Positions 36,627 through 51,047 of a DNA stretch of 64,000 bases are shown here, piece by piece. The first letter of the stretch is position 1; each line of letters begins with the position of its first letter. Made by a program: the position numbers and the translations under genes. This DNA is from Vezdaea acicularis (Eukaryota): contig JAPEUI010000003.1 in assembly GCA_026025075.1 (NCBI GenBank), positions 124,001-188,000 of the forward strand, read 5' to 3'. The notes below the pieces were generated by a model, which was not told the DNA's origin, did no database searches, and worked only from the letters and a program-made list of their open reading frames with translations.

Positions 36627-39039
36627 GATGTAATCTATGGCGAATGTCAGCACTTTCAACTTACAAACTTTTAGCGAGGTATCGTCAGGAAGCTCAAGCG
36701 GTAGTGACTATACTCGTTGAGCTTGGGAAGTGTGCTTTTAGTATCTGCCCACGGGCAACGATTGGATTTTCAATGACCTTGGGGGAAGGAAATTGCTGTA
36801 CAGCTAGCAGCCGGGTTCAATTCCGTGAGACTAACTAAGTGTCTGTTATCGTCAAGATAGTAGAACCTATTCAAGAAATTGTCAGCTGTTTCCAGGGCGG
36901 CGACAGGGAGCCGCCGGTTATGGGTTATGCGTTGCCAGGGACTAATTGAAGCCAAGGTAAGCAGGCATAGAAGGACAATACTTACTTTGACAAGACGATG
37001 GTAGGGCGATGTGACTCTATGTGTGCAAAGAAGAGTTTTTGGCTATTACGGCGGCGGAAGAGATTGACTGAGAGCGAGCTTGGAATTATTCTACCAGAAA
37101 TAGTCGATGGCAACTTCGCGGGTAAAAGCGACTTGAAAGCACTATGCAACTGATGAGGTCAGGTGCAAGAGAGCCAGGTGCCACGACTGTACGGAGTTGG
37201 AAAAAATTGTTCAGTAGAAAAGAAGAAAGCTGTGGAAGAGAAAGAGTGTTGAAGGTTGGAGATGAAAGAAGAGGCGGGGGGTTAGACGAGTTTTGTGCAC
37301 TTGGGCACAAGTCCCAATAGGGAAAGCTGGGGAATGCTTCTCCAGATCTAGACGAAATAGAACACTTGACAGCAAAGGGATTCCTCCCTTGCCGTTGGGC
37401 AACCTTGCGGTTGCAGTAGGATCAATTGCGAAGATAAATAGCTAAGGGAATCGGCTACGAGGTAGAAATCTGTAATGGAAGGCCTAGCGGATAATACAAC
37501 CTGGAGTAGAAGGACTATAAAGAGGAGGGCATCTCAAAGCAGGCTGGAGATGGGGAGAGCCTGCTTCTTATTCAATTGTAGCGAGGAGAGCCAACGCTTT
37601 CGATCAGTAATAGTGATTCGAGTGAAAAGCAAGACAGAACATGTAGAAGGAAAGAGCTACACCGCGCGCATGAGGCAATAGCGGCGGCCTATCGTTCGCC
37701 CAAAGCGACGAAAAAGTGAGAGGTCAGAAAGGCCAGTTTCTTGCTCCCCAAATGACCAGCACGAAGAGAAAAATGCTCGTGCAAATGGCCCGGAAGGTAA
37801 GAACGTTCGAGCTCTTTATTTACACATCTCGCCATCTTCATTCCGTGGCTACAAAAGTCTCCACAATTCCAGGTGTGAAGAATATAAGACTGCTCTGCCC
37901 ACAAGCAATGCATTATGCTCCTTTATATGCCTCAGCGTACACCAATGATGAAATAGCAAGTACGCCCTTAACATAGAGGTCCTCGGTCGACTCCAGCTCC
38001 AGAGAAGTAAGAGATGGCCAATCTGTCATCGCCGGTGACTTTACGGTAGCTAGCAGAAAAGCTACGAGAAGATGCACGTCTCACAGGCCATTTGTCCGTG
38101 TACCATCATTTGTGTCTGTTAGCCACCTGGGATGATTGAAGAGCTGAAACATCTGGAAGCTTCAGAAAAAGAGACGCGGAATATCTGTCAAGCTAACGCG
38201 ACTTTAACTTTCTCTCCATTCAATGGCAATGAGCTGGAACAATTAGAGCAGTCGTCAACCAAACGTAAAAGTTAGAGCATCGGCGAGTGAGGGATAAGGA
38301 ACCGTGATGTGTTAGGCCATGGTGTTGGTTGAGGTGATGCTCGACGCGTGAACCAGGTAAGTCCTTGTACTTGCCATTCCGTAATCTAAGTAACGGTAGG
38401 TTTGGTCAGAAGTCCATCAAAATCAGATACGATCATCGTGGTTACACGGCTGGGTTTGCACGGTTGGCTCTTGGACGATTCCTTCGTTCGTCGCTTGTCA
38501 ATGTGACCTTTCTAGCAAGCCGCTTGTCACGCTAGAAAATCAGAGAGCCCGAAAACTCGGAGATGCAGTCGCTCGAAATGAAGAAGAGAAGTAATTCTTG
38601 ATGGCAAACCGCTGCTCCAGCGATAAATCTTAGGCTACAAAGGTGAGAACACGCTCTAACCTATTTCAGATATTTCCTTGAGTAGCCTCCGACGGCCTTT
38701 CCGCGAGGGCCAGAGTGATGGATACCAACATCACGTCAAAGCAACGTTCACTGGCAGGGTCCTAGTACGACTTCAAGTGTTAGTAAGCCCATTATCAATG
38801 TTCTAATTTATATACGCGTGACTCCCGTAATCATAACCAAAGTAGGGTGCTAGTCTAGGCCTTGCAATCCGTGATCCTATGCTCAATTCACCTCCTGCAC
38901 CCATTAAAGATCCTTCATGCCATCCAGAGCCCCCTTCCCCCTTCCTTTTCCCTCTATTATGCTCGCTAACCTCAAATAAAAGCAACTGCAGAGGTGAGAA
39001 TGACTTGTTCATATCGATACCATGCCATATGTCCTAGAA

Positions 39040-41240
39040 CTAAGACCACACATCCTCCTGCAGAGCTGTTAGCAACGTGAAACGTGAGAGCGAAGTCATG
39101 GTGTGCAAAGACGTGCCTGATAAATATTCTGACTTCTCATCCTCTTGACAAGGTCCTCTCCTTCCTTCTCGGAGCAGCCTCTCTGTTCCGCTATGATTTG
39201 GGCGAGCGTCTGACTAACTTCTCGAGCCATGTTCGCTGCATCGCCGCAGACGTAGAAGTAAGCCTTCTGTCTTAACAGCTCATCCAACAGCTTCGCATGC
39301 TCCTTCATTCGGTGCTGGACATAGACTTTGCTTGGGCCGTCCCGAGAAAAGGCCACGATTAGGGTGAAGGCGTCGCCTAGAGCTTTCTTGTATTCCTTAA
39401 CCAATGTATTAGCTTACACGCTGGCAAAGATTGAAAATAGAAGTCTTACCGCCCATTCTGGCTCGTATAAGAAGTCTTCTGCTTTCTTCCGGCATCCGAA
39501 GAACAAAACAGTGGGCCCGACTTTCTCGCCCATTGCCGCTTGAGCAGCTCGCTCTTGAACAAATCCTCGGAATGGGGCAACTCCAGTACCAGGACCGACC
39601 ATGATGATCGGTCGAGAAGGATCAGAAGGAAGCTTAAAATTCGAGTGACGAACATGGACCGGTACATGGATGCCATCGTACTTGTTACGAGGTCCAGTGA
39701 TGGCGTATGTCAGTCCATGTGGATCTGGGTTTGGATCACCGTGCTGTTTCTGCTTGAGGGCAAGCAAATAATTAGTGGTGACGCCTTTGAGAGCTTGATG
39801 TACGCCTGGTATACGCAAGGATTCGACAACAGCGGTAATGGAGATGCGCGACTTCTGAACAAGCGAAGAAGAAGATATAGAATAGTAGCGAGGCTGAATC
39901 TTGTTCAAGCCCTCGATAAGTAGCGTGAATGGGACGTCGGTCCATTGTTGAGACTTCCCCACCATTGCCATGGTTTGTGCGATGTTGAAATATCGATTTG
40001 ATATCTGGCTGTGAAAATAATCCTTGTCCTCTCCCATCTTCGTGATCTCAGCCTTCGCCTTCTCGTTGGGCGCAAATGCTGCCAGAGAGGCAACGAATTG
40101 TCGAGAGACTGGGGCGCAGATTTCAAGATAATATCTGAGAACAGCATCGTAGGTGGTCGGTGAAGGGAATGGGACTTTCGCGGTCGGATCAAGACCTTTT
40201 ACGCTTATCACAGTATCCCTCTTCTCTTTGAGCCCAAGTACTGACAAAAGACGATCTACTTCCACGCCTGCATTCGTTGGCCAAACAGCGACGTGATCGC
40301 CAGTCTGGTAACGAAGGTTTGAGCCACTTATATCAATTTCCATATGGAGACAGTTGCGATCTTTGACTGTGAAGATCTCCCGTGATTCCGTGATCGGAGC
40401 GATGTAGGGGTTGTGAGAATTGTATGGGCCTTTAGATTCGGTTCCGAGATGATATCTATTAGGCTCTCCCACGTAGACTTCTTCAGATTCAGGGGTCAAG
40501 TCTTCACGTTCAGTAACGCTGAAGACAGGTTCGTACACAGCCTCTCTCTCTTCCAGGGACATCGTCTTTGCCAGCTCTGTCCACATGGGCTCCTTCCATG
40601 CAAGGAAATCTTCCTCCATGGTTCCAGCTCCGTCGTCTCCCTCTCCAGCTTCTCCAATTCTGACCGCTCCGAGGTTATCGAGAGCTTTTTTGACCTGACG
40701 AACCATTGTATTGTAATGCTCGTACGTGTTGTTCCCAAGGCCGAAGGCAACGTATTTCATCGAAGATAAAGGTTTGTCGGCTGCTGTACTGCCCGTGCTA
40801 AATGCTACATCTTCCCCGTTGATAAATTCAAAGAACTCCACGGCATTATCGGTCGGCTCCCCTTCACCATAGGTGGCCAAGATGAAAAAGGCCACTTTAT
40901 CCGCCGAAAAAGTATCGAGCGCGTCGTAATCGTAATCTTCAAGATCGGCCACGATAGTCTTAAGGCCAAATCGAGAAGACCCTTCCTTTGCAAGCCTCGA
41001 AGCATAATCTTCTGCCGTTCCAGTCTGTGACCCGTAGAAGATTACACAGTTCTTGCCTGCTTCATCCATCTTCTCTACAATGTTGCGCGTCTTTCCTGAC
41101 TTGGCTCCATTTGCCACAGAGTATGAGTTCGCATATGGATCTTTTGGCACTGCCCAGTATGTCCCCTTCGTAAAGTATGCCACAGTTCCAGCAAAAAGCG
41201 CCACAAGGACTATAAGGTCTAGGGTATCTAATTGGGCCAT
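39040..41240 (-). CDS. cprA: NADPH-cytochrome P450 reductase (CprA/Ncp1), 3 exons
   Basis: N-terminal anchor, FYGSQTGTAE, ATYGEGEPTDNA, FGLGN, PRYYSISSS, MVGPGTGVAPFRGF, YVCGDA and C-terminal YQ|EDVWS*. Confidence 0.96.
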
Positions 41241-42544
41241 TTCTTACTAGATCGCTTGTAAGAACATGGCAAAAGCTGAGAGAAAGAGCAAATCTTACAT
41301 GTTACAAGGCTACGGCCAGGAAATGCGCGCGCACAGTAGACTTAGTGTTCACACCAGAAGTAGAGTCAAGTGAGATACTATCGGTAGAATCTTGTAGCTC
41401 TTTATTAAAAAAATGTAGAACGGAGAAAATGCTAGCAGGGTACACCGGCGCAAAGATCAGTGAGGCTGTCCGATGGGTGAAACACGTCGCGCGAGGGTAT
41501 CAAAGTTAAGGCGATCAACCAGAGTACATTAACATGCTGCCTCTCGCTCTTAAGATCTGGGGGCGGCAGTGCAAGGATTGCAAGGCGGAGACCGTGGGGG
41601 ATGGAAGCTGTGAATCTTGCGACGGCAACTTTCATTGCCGAGCTCCAAATCGACTGACGACACTACGTTGCAAGTGCCTATCTTGAACATTGTATGCTGC
41701 CAGGATTAGATACAGCTAGAATGAGAGAATGAATTGTGAGTTCTGATTTTCTGCACTCTAGACAGTTGAGGAAAGATTATGGGAACAGGGGCGGCACTCT
41801 TTTTGCTCTTATCAAATAAATCCTGAATTCTCAGGCCACAAAAATGGTCAATTCTAGAGCAAGGACGACATCAACTTCCAATTAAATTGCCAGTACTATC
41901 AACCACGATCGAATCAAACTAAGTAAATTCATGACTATCATGTCAGCCAGGCTGAACAGGCCCAAGCTTTCTAGCCCCTAATATACTTGGATATAAGGAG
42001 TTTACGTAGGATTGACAAGTCACGCCACAGAACTTGACTTCTCAAACAAAGAGGATTCGTAATACAACCATGTGTGATTACCCCAGCGTGGTCCACTGAG
42101 ATACTCCTTAAGGGTTGTTATTACCCAGATTCAAATAGAGATTTATTCGAAAGCGCTGATTGCAGAAGAACTGGGCGCATAACTGCATCGCGTACCTGAG
42201 ATCATCGCTAAAGTCCCCCGCTTGGGGACCAATGCATGGATTTAGCCCGCTGCTGGAGACATGCTGCAGTAAGCGCGCTCTTCTGTAGCCTGTGACTGGC
42301 TGTGACCCCTGGTGTGCACGATCCAACCTGGACAGACCCCCGAACTCTGGCTGCCCGCATCAGATGGCACTTTTCTTTTTTACTGAACTGTAGGCATTTT
42401 GTCGTGACACAAGATTCGAGATCAGCGATCATGAGCCGGGGCTGATATCGATGAAGATGCCCACGTCAAAATACACAACCTGGAGTCGTAGCTTGCCTGG
42501 CTCATGACCCTTTCACCTAGGCTTGCTGATTTTGGGGGACGAAA

Positions 42545-45500
42545 ATGCCTTTTCCAGAGCCCCCTACCTCAGCTGGAGCGACCTCAACATCCGCGAAGGG
42601 GCCCTCGCACTCAAGAGACCCATCCACCATTAAGATACCAAGATCGGGAGCTCTCGACAGAAAGCCATCAGTGTCTTACGGGCATCACCGACAGACCTCC
42701 ATAGTCCATGGCGTCCAACATTCTCGAAATGCTAGTCTAGCCACCACGCACGTATCAAGCCCACTGAGCCCAAATTTGGTCGTAGAACAAGGTGCTCCCC
42801 ATAGTGGACGCGACCAGCTCCAAGATGATGGTCCGGACTTCAACTTCCATCCTGGGCTATCCAGTGATGGAAATGGCCCTCAAAATTTGGGATCTATGGG
42901 AGACCGAGGGGCGCTACTATCTAATAGCGACTCATCAACAACGAGAAAACTCGATAGAATGCATAGTGGCAAAGCTCGCCGCGACCATGGTCACCATCAT
43001 TCTCACTCTCGACACCACCAAACAGAAGTAAAGACAGTTGGCGAATATGCGCTTTACCACCTCTTTAACTCCGTGAGCATAACCATAAATGGTGTGGTTC
43101 ACTATTAACTAATTGCCTAGTTCCTTACTCAAGCGGAACAGAAAATAAAAGCTTGCACGGCCAATCCGCTGGGGCCAGAGCCATACGTCGAGAGTATTTG
43201 TGGACCTGAGGTTGACCCAAATTTCGATCAATTGGTGTCCGCTTTGGGCCACGTTGCTCGTCAAAAGCCGAAGCCTTTGATTGACTCTCTCATGCTATGG
43301 CGGAAAGCTAAAGCAGATACGGCTACCAAAGCGAGAGGAGAATTGGAGAACGTAGGCTCATCGAAATGCTGGTCATATGCAAGTATAAAGGCTAATAAAA
43401 TATTCTTAGAACCCCCATATACCACCGCTTGCTAATGCCCTCCCCCGCCGGAACACGGAGCCTTTGCACATGGCGCAAGGCTCAAGCTTGTCTGGAACCA
43501 CGCTTCGTAGCACCTCAACGAACATGGTTGATAGAGAACAAGTTATTAGAGCCGAACGCCAATCTGCAGTTTCTATCTATCTGCTCTGTAGAGTTTTGAT
43601 GGAGGTCATCAGCCAGAGCACCTTGCAGTCTATCACTCCCGAGATGGCAAATAAATTGGAGGATATAATTTTTGGGCAACTCAAGCAGCCAGACTTGGAG
43701 CAACTTGCATCGTCACCTCTAAAAATGGCAAATTGGAAGATTTTTGCGCAATTATTAGGAGTTATGAGTGCAATCGACTTCGATAGCGTTTCTGATCGGT
43801 TTTTTGCTGACCTTGAGCAATCCCACCGAGGTCTTACCGCTAAAGGCGCAAATATAAGAGAGCTCGAGGGTACTACGGAACTGGTGATCCAAGGCATGCG
43901 CCATATTTGTGTGAAGACCTATCCCGAGGACGCCTGGGAGAGGTCATGCGGGTTTATAAAGATGCTCGGCAGTTTTTTCTTGAACTCCCATGGCCAGCGC
44001 ATCAAACAAGCATATTGTCAGATTCTCGTAAATCTGCTTCTGCCGATCGCTGCTACAGCGACGTCAGAGCTTAATATGCCGAAATGGAGGCAGGCTATTG
44101 AAGTAATTGCGCCGAGAATCACGCAGTTGATGGCAAAACCTAGATACTGGCAAGATGCGGTACCCGTATTTTCTATCCTGCTATGTGTTTACCCAACAGA
44201 ATCGTTCGCTGGCCAATGGCTCCAGATCGTCATCTCGATGCAAACCAAGCTAAAAGATCGCACTTCGAGGGGTTTGGCGCTTCAGGCGATATGCAGGCTT
44301 ACATGGATATATGTTAATCGTGTCTCTGATACGCAAAATGTTACCATAAGGAACTTAGAAGAGGTTATAAAATTGGTCTTTCCTCCCGGGAAAAAGTCAT
44401 ACGTATCTACGGACCCTAGTATCGCGGAGCCCCTTATCCAGCTTATAAGGATAATTGGATTTAAGCATCAAGACCTATGCTTCCGGACCATAATTTTCCC
44501 GCTTGTCAACTCTGAGCTTTTTGCGGGAGGGAAAGACTTGAAAATCGACCTACTAGAACCAGAAAAGACCGTCATAGGTATTCGAGCATTTTTGGTGATC
44601 ATGTCCGATCTTGAAAAAGGAGAGCAGGGAAGGCCTCCGTTCCCCCAGAGCTTTACGTCAGGGGCAAACGAAAGGGCAATGCCAAAATTAGCCCCCTCAG
44701 GGACCATACTACAAAGATCTTCACCGTTCGTAATCAGAGAGGAACGCCTTTCTCGCCCGGTCATGATTTCATCTTTTGGGGATACGGCAAAGGAGTATTA
44801 TACACGATTCTGTGAAATTCTGGGTAAGATCACGTTGATCTGTGATAACACTTTTGGTGGACAAGCTGTACTAGACGAAAAGTTTAGCGGGCAGACTCCC
44901 AAAACCCCGATCGCCGACACATTTGGCTTCAGCAGGAGGGACGAACATCAGGCCGGCGCTGACCAGCGGCAAGGGTTCTATGAACTCCTTCACGTTGCGG
45001 TTCAGGCCTTACCACGCTGTCTTTCTGTTCATATTCAATTCAATTCTCTGGTAAATCTGCTTTGTACTGGGACTGCGCATGTTCAAAGCAACATTGCGGC
45101 GTCCTCAGCGCAGTCTCTGAAGTCTATCGCACGCCAGGGATATGCTCAACAGATTACCATTGGATTTGCTAGATTCATATTCAATTTTGATGATCGGTAC
45201 TCCACGATGTCTGATGGTGGATTACTTGGTCACGGCCACGTTGAGAATACGCTTCAGCTTTATGTCGAGTTGCTCCAGATATGGATCGAAGAAATCAAAG
45301 CAAAGGCTAAAGAGGCGGTGTCAACCTCTGGCAACCCCCAAAGTCCTGAGAATCAGGTTGGCCATCTTGACATCTCTGGCATCTTCGCTTATGTGGACAA
45401 CATCGAATCCCATGGGGTTTTCTTCCTCTGTTCTCAGTCTCGACGGGTCCGTTCGTTTGCTGTGATGGTCTTACGTTTGATCGTTGAATTTGATCATGCT

Positions 45501-48500
45501 CTTGGGAAGTCAAACAAAAGGGTCATCGAGATCATGGAAAAGGAATCCGTTGCCGTGATGGACTTCAGAGATGATCATTTATCCGTTGCCGAGCGAAGCC
45601 GACTGCAGCGGGGACTTCGTAAGAGTAATTCGCAACATACACTGATCGAACTTTGCGGAAGCGAAGATTCCTATGATGCAGCGCTCTGGTATAAAATCTT
45701 TCCTAACCTAATCCGAATAAGCTTCGACAAGTGCCCTTTTGCTGTAACCCTTACTAGAGAAATCATCTGCAGCAGACTACTTCAAATGCACAAAGGGATT
45801 CAATTCATAGCAGAACCTGCTCGAACACCGCAGTATCCTGCTTTCGATTTAGGCCAGAATAGAACTCCCCTTCGGACAAGCTCTACGCCTCCAGAGGTAA
45901 TGATAGAGCAATTCAAATTATACCTCACAGTAGCGTGTACTACATTGACAACCACTGGCACTCTCTCCAAGGACGTAGGACAGGACCGGCAGCATGCACG
46001 GAAAACATCTAAATCATCTCAACCGGGGACCGAGAAGATAGTATCAGCGAGATCACTTTTCACTAACATGATACCTCTTCTTGGCGCTAGCTTAGCTACC
46101 GTTCGCGAAGCTGTGGCACTCGCTCTAGGATCGATCAACATCAACATATATCGGACGCTACTTGAATGTCTTCAGTCCCTAGTCTTGTTATGCAATAAAG
46201 AAGCCCGCGGTAGAATACATCAGCGAACCCTTAGCAGCCCTAGGAGAAGTAATCCAACCGATCTTTTGAGGACTGAGATTACTCATGTTTACAAATTGAC
46301 GTCCCATTTCCTCCAAGATGAGCAGATATCTTCGGATGATTGGATTCTCAATAACCTCATCAACTATACAAAAGACCTTAAAATTTTCTTGAGCGATTCG
46401 GATGTTCAGACAGACTGGGAGTTTCATAAGCTCCGTCGTCATTACTGTGGGCTAATGGAGGAACTATTTGAGGGCGTCAGTAGGACAAAAGACCCTTCTC
46501 GTTGGATGCCTTTCGAGGCGAGGAAGTCTGCATTTGCCCTCATGGAGGACTGGTGTGGCTATTCCCCAAATCAGACGCAAATCTCCCAACGCGAGGAAAG
46601 CATGAAAGAGTCAATCATGGAGCACTCCAAGGATCAAGGCGACCGAGGTAATGCAATGGCGCAAATGGAAATAGAGAAGAGAAACTTGAAGACCGCAGCA
46701 TTGAGTGCAATGGCGGCTCTTTGCGTAAGTCCTCATTTCCATTTCGATCCTGATAAGGCAACTGACAAAACCAGGGTGGTCCAATCTCCATCACGACTGA
46801 AGGGAAGTCTAACCTTCAATTCGATATACGACGAATGCTATCATGGGTTGGGACAATCTTTGCAACACAAAGTGATCGAGTTCACATGATCGGGCGAAAA
46901 GCCTTGAAAAATCTCATCATCCACAACCGCGGCCACCCTTATCTGCTGGAGCATTCTATTGAGATGTGCTACGTCACTGAGGAGCCAAGGGCTTTAGAGA
47001 GCTATTTCGAAGTGGTTTCTCAAGTGATTTCGGAACCCGTAGATTACCCTTTCACACTCTGGAAGATTCTTGCTGTCAGCATCTTTACCCTGGGTAATGA
47101 GAAGAGCCAGCTGCGGTCAAGAGCAGCCCAGTTACTAAGGAGGTCGGAGGAACGGCAACGGAAGAATTCAAGAATTCAAGATTTTGACGTAAGTATAGCT
47201 GACAAGACCGCAGCAGTCTACAAGGCTGCGCAACTCGAGATCTCCACACGACTTGCTTGCGAGTACCCAGACCTAGCATTTCCCATATTTTCCGAATTCT
47301 CGAAGTACTTTGGACGCTTAAATGCAACACGCCAACGAATTCTCGTCGCAGCTATTCTCCCTTGGATGCATGTTGTTGAATTACAAGTCGATGTGAACGG
47401 CGGTGCAACACCCAGCTCTTACGTCCTCTTAGTCAACCTCTTTGAGATCACTATCAAGTTTGGTGGTAGCCTCCATAATGAAATCCAGGCGCTTTGGCAA
47501 GCGCTAGCTACCGGGCCCCATGCTGGAAATGTTCAGCTCGTTCTGGACTTTATAATCCAGCTCTGTCTCGACAGGAGGGAGCAGAATTTTGTGGATTTCG
47601 CGAAGCAGATTGTGGTCTTTCTATCAAAGACTCCATCAGGCTCGAAGGTCGTCGAGTTCTTACTTCTTCAGATCTCCCCAAGGAATATGGTCCACGAGAA
47701 ACGAGACTCGATGGGAGTGCCCGCCGAACCTCATGAGCTGCCGTACTGTGCTGATCTATCGCGGGTATTACCAGTCGGTAATAAGCAGGTATGTGGTTCT
47801 GTAGCGGCATTGGAAGCCCTGCTAATTTTTGTCAGGCTGGTGTTTCCCTTGGACAACTATCTCTTGTTCTCCTAGTTGACCTGATGGTCTCTCCAATCCA
47901 ACTGGCTACCGAAAAATTGCCCATTCTCCTGCAGACCGTCTTTGTTCTTTGGGACCATTACATCACCCTTGTCAAGGAGCAAGCTCGGGAAATGCTCATA
48001 CATCTGATTCATGAATTGGTCATCTCTAAAATCGACAATGACAGCCCACACCTTTCCAAACAGTCCATAGAAGATCTCATTGACGCAATTCGGCGTCAGG
48101 AATCAAAGGTCATCTGGACTTACGATGAGAGCAATGGCAAAAACGATAACAGTGTTGCTCGAGTACCAAGCGCTATGGAGTATCTGGCCAAGCAAGTCCT
48201 CGAAGTGTTCCAAGTGTCTTATCCCACTATCCGTGAGCAGTGGGCGAAGATAACCTTGAGTTGGGCCACATCCTGCCCTGTGAGGCATTTGGCCTGCCGT
48301 TCTTTTCAGATTTTCCGATGTGTACTGACGTCCTTGGATCAGCCTATGCTCTCGGACATGCTCGCGCGACTTTCCAATACTATTGCGGATGAGGATCCCG
48401 ATGTTGTTTCATTTTCTATGGAGATTCTGACAACGCTCAAGACAATCATCGCCGTTATGAGTCTCGAAGATCTAATGAAATATCCACAGCTCTTCTGGAC

Positions 48501-50193
48501 TACGTGCGCTTGCCTTGATACGATCCACGAGCAAGAGTTTCTGGAAGCTCTCTCTATGCTTGAAAACTTTATAGGGAAGGCTGACTTGGCCAATCCGGAT
48601 GTGATCGGGGTACTACTCAATAACGTACCGCCGAAGTGGGAGGGCGATTTCGAGGGTGTGCAGTCCTTGATATATAAAGGGCTTCGATCTGACCAATTGA
48701 TCGTTCCGTCGCTCGCTGTGTTAGAGGCCTTGCTTGAGGTTCCTGACAGCAACATAGTTGGTGGTGATGGCAGACTCTTGTACACATTTCTTGCCAACGT
48801 ACCCCGATTCATGCAATCTTTGGACGATGGCACAAGTTCGCCAGAGCAGATCAGATGCGCGGAGAAGCTAGCCAAAGCTGCAGATTCGTACGGATTTAAT
48901 TACGTGTCTCGCGCACTGAGTGGGTTTGCAGGTCATCGCTATCGGAGTAGCAGAGACTTCTTGGCACAATCGGTCTCAGCTATTCGGGAACACTTTTTCC
49001 CCGAATTGGACTTCAAAGCTTTGATTTTCCTCATTGGACTTCTCACAAATCGGCTTCCTTGGTTCAAACTCCAGACTATGCAGCTTCTGTGTGTCATTAT
49101 ACCGGAAATTGATATGCGACGTCAGGAGATAGCGTCTCATGGACCGGATCTAATTTCGCCGCTACTACGGTTACTGCAAACAGAATTTTGCCCGAAGGCC
49201 CTCGAAGTGCTAGATAATATCATGACTATGTCAGGGACGCCAAACGATAGACACCACCTGCGAATGAGCATGCTCAACTCCCAGTCTCATGCAATCCGAA
49301 AAGAGTATGAACGAATGCCGAGTTTGTTTGGAATCCCTGATGAGAGCGGTTGGGCTGTTCCAATGCCTGCTATCCATTCAAATATAACACGCCATAACGT
49401 TCACGCTGTATTCTATATGTGTCCAAACTCTGAGACAGCCGAGAGTGATACTGTCCCAACGCCAGATGTAGAATTCCACGCTGATGAGTTCCATGACTAC
49501 GGCTTCCCAGCTACCGAGCGTACAGGCACCATGATGTCCGATGACGATCGGGGCGAGGGGAATATGGGAGATCTCGTCATGAAGCTTGATAGCCTTGATG
49601 ACTTCTTTGACGATGACGAAAATGACCAGATGGCGGACAATCAAGATGGGCAAGGACTTGCGGAATTTATTGCCGAGCCCGTAGACGCAGCAAGGCTGTA
49701 CGATCAACAAACGCTTCCTATCCTCCAGAGGACTCTGGCACGATCTGACAGCGTTGCGTCATTCCAGACTGGTTTCACGGACGTCAAAGCTCGTGGCGCA
49801 GGCGTTATGAGCCCTAGGGCTTTTATGGATCCGGTAATGGCGCTATCGCGCCCAAAGATGCACTCAAGATCAAAAACATCACCCGCAAACAATCCGTATC
49901 CTCCAACAACAAATGTCGAGTTTATGTCTGATGGGGAGGTGGAAGACCCAGATTCAGATATAGAATTTCCCCCTGTTAACGAAGGGTCGTTCCTGGAGAA
50001 TATGATGCGCCCGATCGCTAACGGAACACGATCCGTTTCACGTAGACTCACTGGAAGTGGGACGAAGGAGGAGAGGAAGATGAGAGACGCTCTTCGGGCA
50101 GAGAGAAAAGCGGCGGCAGAAAACTCTCCACAAGTCCCGAAACTACCAGCTGGCTTCCTCCAAAGTCCAACGTCCCCAGCAAGTGGCCAATGA
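42545..50193 (+). CDS. TAO3: Cell morphogenesis scaffold Tao3/Pag1/Mor2 (Furry family, RAM/MOR network), 5 exons, roughly 2,500 aa
   Basis: TVGEYALYHLFNS|F, KPLIDSLMLWRK, AERQSAVSIYLLCRVL, LSWATSCPVRHLACRSFQIFR and YPQLFWTTCACL. Long helical ORFs are joined by canonical introns; the start is uncertain. Confidence 0.9.
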
Positions 50194-51047
50194 TGCAGGC
50201 ATCCTCTGGCCATTGCTCTTTCTATTATGTTCATGCTTCCTCCTTCTGTCTCATTCTAAAACTGCAAGAGCTTCGTCATTTTGCTTACGCTTTAGCGTCT
50301 GAATTATGTTGCATAGAGCACTTGAAAAGAACGACGTTGGGTTAACTAGTACATTGGCCAGCATTAGAAGGCGTTTGTACGCATTTTAGGTGTTTTTAGC
50401 ATATATCTCCATCCTGAGCGTGGGTGATGTGGGATGGCAGTGGAGTTTTGCCGTTACAAAAGTTTTGGCATCAAACTTTTCATGATAAATGGACCCCGTA
50501 AAGCAATTCCCTCACGCATATGCGCGGGTGTGCAAAATCAAATAAGTCTTTGAGGACTGTTACTTCGATGCAGAGCATAGTATAAGATCTGATACCTATG
50601 ATTTTGCAAGTGCTCGTAGCCCTTTAACCCCAAGCAGATTCTTTGTAGGAAGCGTAGTAAATAAAATGGCTCTGGGACATCGATTTGATTGGTTGAGCTC
50701 GCCGAAATCCAAACGCGCCTGCTTAGCTGAAGCTCACGCGATCCTCGACCGTCCAAGAAGAACGCAGCATATCTCATCACGATGCTGAAAGGATAAATAC
50801 GAGCTGACCGCCATGTTGAGTCACTCGCAATCTTTGCGCCCGGCGCTGTTCCAGCAAGACAATTCTTTACATTCTTGTATTTCCAACGAAATACGCACAA
50901 ACCTTCGGCACAAGACCACTCGACCATCGCCGATTAGGTTACTCCGGATACCCTGGGCTGATACAACATGATGGTCAGCCATCATGGGCTACGGCTAATC
51001 TATAGTATGAATCTTATCCCTTTCTAGGTCTGAGATCTACTGATTGG

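Noticed and set aside
35967..36674. 235-aa + strand ORF, and similar antisense ORFs such as 18822-19586 and 7592-8287
   Set aside because: Antisense shadows of well-supported genes with no independent motifs.
37150..37205. CTGATGAG hammerhead or C-box-like motif
   Set aside because: No stem II closed by GAAA and no suitably placed D box.
37000..39000. Possible transposon relic or RIP-degraded sequence in the 2 kb gap
   Set aside because: No terminal repeats, transposase/RT motifs or AT/TpA enrichment visible.
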